Assembly (NCBI GenBank): GCA_964570625.1
Contig: CAZMYW010000027.1
Coordinates: forward strand, 285,510 to 349,509
Origin: an uncultured Nitrospirota bacterium
Lineage (GTDB): Bacteria; Nitrospirota; Nitrospiria; 2-01-FULL-66-17
Reading direction: 5' to 3'
Length of the DNA stretch: 64,000 bases
Shown: piece by piece, positions 59,306 to 64,000 of the stretch
How positions within the stretch are numbered: the first letter of the stretch is position 1
Layout: the number at the start of each line of letters is the position of its first letter
Made by a program: the position numbers and the translations under genes
Notes under the pieces: model-generated
What the model was told of the DNA's origin: nothing
The model's input: only the letters and a program-made list of their open reading frames with translations
Databases searched by the model: none

Positions 59306-60211
59306 CTACGCGCAGAGGGGAAGGGCGTCTGCCGAGACCTCTCCCAGAACCTCTTGCAACCGCGCTTCCACCCCGCAATCCGTCCATCCCGCGTCTTTGA
59401 CCGGAAGAACTGTCAGGGTAGGGCGCGTCAGCCCAGGGAGCCGGCGCAGAAAGGCCGACGAGAAGTTCAAGGGGTGAAACGTCCGGTACACCTCATCGAT
59501 CTCTTCGCGTGTGCCTGCGCTCACCGCCAGACGGCGAAACGCGCCCGCGAGCACCGGCGCCGCCTCCTGGACATACGCCCACAACGTGCTGGCGCGAAAC
59601 ACCATCACGAACGTGTTCCACAGCGCCCCCCGCTCGATCAACTCAGCCGCCCGAGTGGCGCCGGGTTTTTCCACGAATCGCGTCACCGCACACAGACCGT
59701 TCGAGTCCGGCGCTCCCGGCACCACGTATCCATAGTCCGCCTCGGGGCCGGTCGGCGCCACGGCGAGCAGGACGACCCGGGACGGTTGACGCTCCACAGC
59801 TTCGCAGGCGCGCGCGACCTGCGTCATAAACGCCTCGTCATTCGTGACCATATGGTCCGAGGGAAACACCGCCACCGTGGCGTCGCCGTACTCCCGGCCG
59901 ATGCTCACCAGGGGCAGCAAGAGTCCGGGCGCCGTGTCTTTGTTCTCGGGCTGCACCACCACGCGACCGCCCGGACGATTCGCAAGTTGTCGCCACACAT
60001 CGGGAAACGCAAAGTGATCGCGGCTGACCACGGTGAACAACCGGCGTGGCGTGATCAAGCGTTCGGCACGGCGGAAGGTCTGCTCCAGCAGCGAACCGGC
60101 CCCCGTAAAATCGACATACTGCTTGGGCAACGCGTCACCGCGCAGCCGGCGCACGAACGCCTCCAACCGACGCCCGTCTCCCCCCGCCAACACGATACCG
60201 CAGCGCACCAT
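59306..60211 (-). CDS. sugar-phosphate nucleotidyltransferase (mannose-1-phosphate guanylyltransferase-like)
   Basis: MVRCGIVLAGGDGRRL and KQYVDFTGAGSLLEQT N-terminal NTP-transferase motifs. GGGAGG RBS. The track ORF's first 125 codons are discarded. Confidence 0.75.
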   Translation of the reverse strand: MVRCGIVLAGGDGRRLEAFVRRLRGDALPKQYVDFTGAGSLLEQTFRRAERLITPRRLFTVVSRDHFAFPDVWRQLANRPGGRVVVQPENKDTAPGLLLPLVSIGREYGDATVAVFPSDHMVTNDEAFMTQVARACEAVERQPSRVVLLAVAPTGPEADYGYVVPGAPDSNGLCAVTRFVEKPGATRAAELIERGALWNTFVMVFRASTLWAYVQEAAPVLAGAFRRLAVSAGTREEIDEVYRTFHPLNFSSAFLRRLPGLTRPTLTVLPVKDAGWTDCGVEARLQEVLGEVSADALPLCA

Positions 60212-60672
60212 GGCTCCTCCCGCGTCCTTCATCATGCCTCCCGTTGTTGGATGGAAAACAGAAAAGATCAATTCGACAAAAACAGCGATGAAGGATAGCC
60301 GAGGGCGGACCTTCTGTAAAATCGATGCCGCGTTCAACGAGTTCGAAACATGATGAAACAGTGAGCAAGAGATGCCTTGACCTCGCGGTTTCTCGCGTGC
60401 TATCACCTTACTGGTGAGACGCGGACGCGAAACGATCGCGGGACGGACTTCACGTTTTCGAAAGGACACGATCTCAGACACACAGTTGTAAACACCTTCC
60501 ATCATGGCAAACTGCCGGCGACGGCAGGACGCAAAGCACCGGATCTTCCGAGACGCTGAAGACAGCCGGGCCGCCGAGGTGGCAATAATCAAACCAGTGA
60601 TTATTGGCATGTCGGGAGCCCGGCTTTTCTATTCCGGCTCCCGCGGTTGGCGTCACGGGGAACAGTCTCGCG

Positions 60673-61455
60673 ATGTACGACTGCTCGGAGATCAACAAAC
60701 TCCTGCATCCCTCCCTGGATCGGGAGCTGGACATCAAAGAGTCCCTCCGCGTCCAGACCCACCTCAAAGACTGCGCCTCGTGTCGCGAACGGCTCCTGGA
60801 CGATCAAGAATTCCTGGCATACCTCCCGTCGCTCCTGACGCCGAACCCCGCGCCGGACACCGTGCGTCAAGCCGTCACCGATGCGCTATCGCGTGAGGCT
60901 CATCGGCTCGACCAGAGCAGGCTCCGGTGGCGCGCGCTCGCCTCACCCAGCATGCTCGCGGCGGTTACGGTGCTTCTGGCCCTGTTCTACGTCATCCCCC
61001 ACCCGCAGATCCCGACATTGGTGAAGATCGCCCTGGCCGAACATCGGCTCTACATGAAAGACCCTGCGCTCCTGCAAATCAAGAACGACGACGTGCGAAC
61101 CGTGACGCACGCGCTCCAACAGCGACTACCCTTCCCTCTCCACGTCCCGCCAAAAACCACGGCCGACGTCCGACTGGTCGGCGCCGACGTGATGCCCCAC
61201 CCGATCCCCTCCGCGGTGCTTGCGTACCAGGTGAACGACTCACCCGTCTCGCTGCTCGTCACCACCCCGCGAAATATCTCGTTCTCCAACGCCGCGACCC
61301 GGACCTTCAAAAACACGCTCTTTCACTCCGCCTTCCTCGATGGCCTCCACGTGCTGCAGTGGTCGGACCACCGCCACACCTACGTCCTGGTGGCCTGCCG
61401 CGACACACCAGTCGACTCCCTCCCCTTCGCCGTGCTCACGGCCGATGGCTCCTAA
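60673..61455 (+). CDS. zinc-finger anti-sigma factor (ZAS, HxxxCxxC) with TM helix and periplasmic C-terminal domain
   Basis: MYDCSEINKLLH..LRVQTHLKDCASCRERL motif, then a TM helix (MLAAVTVLLALFYVI). No ECF sigma gene is adjacent. Confidence 0.6.
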   Translation: MYDCSEINKLLHPSLDRELDIKESLRVQTHLKDCASCRERLLDDQEFLAYLPSLLTPNPAPDTVRQAVTDALSREAHRLDQSRLRWRALASPSMLAAVTVLLALFYVIPHPQIPTLVKIALAEHRLYMKDPALLQIKNDDVRTVTHALQQRLPFPLHVPPKTTADVRLVGADVMPHPIPSAVLAYQVNDSPVSLLVTTPRNISFSNAATRTFKNTLFHSAFLDGLHVLQWSDHRHTYVLVACRDTPVDSLPFAVLTADGS

Positions 61456-61728
61456 CCCACTCCCCTTAAGAATCGGGAAATTGACACGTAGCACCAATCC
61501 GGGATAGAACAGCCCCGTCCACTAGGGCCTCGTCCTCAACCGCAGGGTCAAAAACCTTGTCATCTCCTGCGTCCACGCGTGCGGTTTTAGAGCATGCTGG
61601 AAGGGTGAGAAGAGCGGGGTCAAAAACAAAAGAAAATTAAACAAAAAGAGAGAGAAATTCAGGACCTTTCGCGAAGTCTAGCGCTCTTTCAGTCAGACCT
61701 CCAAGATTGTTTCATTTGTCCGACCTGC

Positions 61729-62751
61729 TTGAAATCCTATCCGATCATAAAACAGGATGAGATTAGTGAGGCGCATATTTTGCCCAAAGCCTCTGGCGGC
61801 ACGTTGAAGACCTATCTCTGTGTAAAGTGTAACAGTACGTTTGGGAGTCGGCAGGACAAATGGTTTGGAGAATACCTCGGGGTGATAAAGGACAAGGATC
61901 GCTCTATTTTTGGATGCGAAACAAAAAAAGGTTACTTTGAAATTGAGGGTATTCGTGTAGGTGGTAAATTCGAGTTTACGCTCCAAGATGGATTCCAGTT
62001 GTTTATCTGGCAGGATAAGACATCTCCTGCGGCGCTGAAGAAACTACAAGAGCTTCGAAACAATGGAGGTCTAAGCACATACAACGTCAGCATCCCGATT
62101 CCACTTCTAGAGGAGGAAAACCAGAGGCTTTCGGGGATCGGTTTTCTTACCGCGGCTTACTTACTGTGGTTTAAAGAATTTGGATACTCATGGGCTCTGC
62201 AAAAACACCTCGAACCAATAAGGCAGCAGATCCATAAACCGACAGAATCAATTTTGCCTGCAAAGTTTTTGGCTACTACGAATAGCGTGTTTGACAGTCC
62301 GTGGATTGGAATCGCCTTTCTAGGCGGCGAAGTGGCTCTCGCGGCTGGTCTCGCGAATCATGTTGTCCTTTTGCCTCCAGCGGACAGAGTTGATTTCTAT
62401 CATCGAATCTCTCGAATCGACACAGAAAACATCAAGTTGAGTAACCTCCGGACATTTAGTTTTTATAAAAATCACTCCTTCGATGGCCCATTGGGAATAC
62501 TGTTTGGGGATTGCCTTGCCTTGGCCCCTGATGCGCTGCGGGTTGGCGGAAATCCAAATGTTGCTGTGCTGTTTCTCCCGCCTGAAGGAGACTCGCCTCA
62601 ACTCCTGTACCCAGTTCCTGCAAACACCTCAATTTCTATTCCCCCAGACGCTATTAGGATAAGGTCGAGAAGAGGGCGCTTAGCGCCACTGGCTACGTTG
62701 GGCGAAGGCGGGCCAGCAGCTGTAGTTCCGGAGTCCGGAAGCCCCGCGTGA
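61729..62751 (+). CDS. HNH-motif nuclease-like protein with an unknown 280-aa C-terminal domain; N-terminus probably disrupted
   Basis: EAHILPKASGG..TYLCVKCNSTFG HNH core. The matching upstream CxxC (CFICPTC, 61708-61728) is in frame but precedes the only start codon in the track (TTG at 61729). An in-frame ATG at 61594 is followed by TGA at 61606. The locus is AT-richer than the surrounding DNA. Confidence 0.5.
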   Translation: MKSYPIIKQDEISEAHILPKASGGTLKTYLCVKCNSTFGSRQDKWFGEYLGVIKDKDRSIFGCETKKGYFEIEGIRVGGKFEFTLQDGFQLFIWQDKTSPAALKKLQELRNNGGLSTYNVSIPIPLLEEENQRLSGIGFLTAAYLLWFKEFGYSWALQKHLEPIRQQIHKPTESILPAKFLATTNSVFDSPWIGIAFLGGEVALAAGLANHVVLLPPADRVDFYHRISRIDTENIKLSNLRTFSFYKNHSFDGPLGILFGDCLALAPDALRVGGNPNVAVLFLPPEGDSPQLLYPVPANTSISIPPDAIRIRSRRGRLAPLATLGEGGPAAVVPESGSPA

Positions 62752-62882
62752 CGCTTCGCAAAGTGATCGATGGCTTATCGCTGTGATCGGAGGGATATCC
62801 AGAACCAGTTGATTCTGACCCCTCAAGCTGAATCCAGCGAGACCCGCATTGAGGGCCGCGTCGTCCCTTCACAGGGGGAACT

Positions 62883-63380
62883 ATGAAGGCAATGGCTTCT
62901 TTCGCTTTGCTGCTACTGCTAACGAGCTGTGCCGGGCTTGAGCCGGTGCCGGACTCAGAGCGCACGTTCGAGGGTGTCTTTGAAGCTCCAGGATTCACTA
63001 AGGATCAGATATTCACGGCGACACGAATCTGGATCGCAGAGAATTTCAGATCAGCAAAGGCAGTAGTCGAATACGAGAATAAAGAGGAGGGTACGCTAAT
63101 CGGAAACGGAGTCATTTCATACCCTTGTAACGGCATTGACTGCATCGCGAAGGGGAATTGGAAAGTACCATTCACGATGCGGGTCGACATGAAGGATCAA
63201 AAGTTTCGTCTAACGTTCTCAAATCTGCGGCTCACGTGGCCGCCCTCGTCCAACTATCCGGCCGCTGACGGTCCGATGGTTCAGCGCGGCCAGTTGGAAG
63301 CGGTAAGACCCAAGCTGTTGGCATTCGGCCCTGCCATCCTAGATTCCATATCGAGCAACAGAAAGGCGAGCGACTTTTGA
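62883..63380 (+). CDS. hypothetical lipoprotein
   Basis: Lipobox LLTSC, a GGAACT-type RBS and AT-richer codon usage like the upstream gene. Confidence 0.5.
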   Translation: MKAMASFALLLLLTSCAGLEPVPDSERTFEGVFEAPGFTKDQIFTATRIWIAENFRSAKAVVEYENKEEGTLIGNGVISYPCNGIDCIAKGNWKVPFTMRVDMKDQKFRLTFSNLRLTWPPSSNYPAADGPMVQRGQLEAVRPKLLAFGPAILDSISSNRKASDF

Positions 63381-63539
63381 AATCCAACAAGTCCAATACA
63401 GCCGACTCGGGGTCAGACTTGACTTGTTGACTTCTTGAGAGGTCTTCAAGTTTTGGAACGGATCTCTCGCGAAGAACCCACTCTTTTAACGCAATAACGC
63501 ACTCAGAAACTTCCCGAAGCGGGTGCGTAGTTGCTTGGG

Positions 63540-63989
63540 CTAGAACTCGTACGCGGCGATCGTTTTCACCAGCAGGTCGTCGCTGGCTTGGGTGAGGCCC
63601 ACGCCTATGCCGAAATCCACGTCCACTGGGCCGATCGGGAATTTGACGGCTGGGACGAGGTAGTGGATCTGCGCGTCCCACGGCTTCCAGTCGCTGAACT
63701 CGCCTAGCGCTCCGTAGCCTTCGAGGCCCAGGCGGACCTTGCCCATCGGCGCGTATACCCCCACCGCGTATTCGAACTCCACGCCCTCGTCCACATCAGG
63801 AGCATCGAGCGCTTTTTCGAAGATCGGGTTGAGCCGCACAATTACGGGCGCGAAGGTTTTCTCGAAGATCAGACGGGTTTCGAGTTTCTCGGAGCGGCCG
63901 TAGGCGGTGTTGGGAATGTAGTATTCGAAGTACAGCGCGGTGTCGAAGAGCCGCTCGCCCGCTTCAAAAAACCGGTAGCGCGACACCAC
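63540..63989 (-). CDS. outer-membrane beta-barrel protein (C-terminal ..AAYEF), possibly partial at window edge
   Basis: Alternating amphipathic strands with a terminal aromatic residue. The ORF begins 11 nt from the window end, so the true start may lie beyond the window. Confidence 0.45.
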   Translation of the reverse strand: MVSRYRFFEAGERLFDTALYFEYYIPNTAYGRSEKLETRLIFEKTFAPVIVRLNPIFEKALDAPDVDEGVEFEYAVGVYAPMGKVRLGLEGYGALGEFSDWKPWDAQIHYLVPAVKFPIGPVDVDFGIGVGLTQASDDLLVKTIAAYEF

Positions 63990-64000
63990 GGCCCGAAACT

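Noticed and set aside
59306-60610. Full 434-aa track ORF for the nucleotidyltransferase
   Set aside because: The first 125 codons are low-complexity and overlap the divergent anti-sigma gene's upstream region. The family N-terminus (MVRCGIVLAGGDG) begins at 60211, where an RBS is present.
60604-60672. Upstream 23 codons of the anti-sigma ORF (MACREPGFSIP...)
   Set aside because: The ZAS family starts at the MYDCSEINKLL-type N-terminus, and the extension lies in the divergent promoter region.

Overview
High-GC (about two-thirds G+C by eye) chromosomal segment from a Gram-negative-type bacterium: it encodes OmpA-like and TonB-dependent outer-membrane proteins, porins and lipoproteins. The lineage cannot be assigned from sequence alone; the RpoD, sigma-54 and cytochrome features resemble Nitrospirae, Deltaproteobacteria or candidate-phylum genomes.

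The window is gene-dense and mostly housekeeping, and most genes lie on the minus strand. One long minus-strand string runs rpmE-prfA-prmC-murA-hisGDBHAF(IE)-hit-yqeY-dnaG-rpoD-tRNA-Met. Other recognisable genes include apt, a second sigma-70-family sigma factor, acyP, tRNA-Pro, ald, a TonB-dependent receptor, mtnA, an OmpA/TSP3 protein, mscL, dgkA, bcsG and bcsA, a sigma-54 activator, glnA, nadE, bfr-bfd-fur, a GAF-ANTAR regulator, BNR propeller proteins, corA, glnD and a cytochrome c.

The parts that look non-routine are:
- A 2.0-kb gene for a cytoplasmic papain-like (C1) peptidase fused to an alpha/beta-hydrolase, bracketed by two inverted copies of a small TIR-bearing MITE-like element. 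Together these resemble a mobile insertion cassette.
- A tightly coupled operon downstream of a duplicated promoter/operator module carrying Fur-box-like palindromes, next to bfd-bfr-fur. It encodes a small Com-like zinc ribbon protein, a porin, an ApbE::FMN-binding fusion, a 4-TM protein and a cupredoxin.
- A roughly 1.9-kb AT-richer islet carrying an HNH-motif gene whose N-terminus is interrupted by an in-frame stop, plus a lipoprotein gene.
- A cellulose-synthase-like bcsA (tandem PilZ)-bcsG-orf-dgkA module with no bcsB in the window.
- An intrinsic terminator inside the glnA leader.
- A truncated tandem duplicate of tRNA-Pro.

No CRISPR array, rRNA gene, transposase or integrase was seen.
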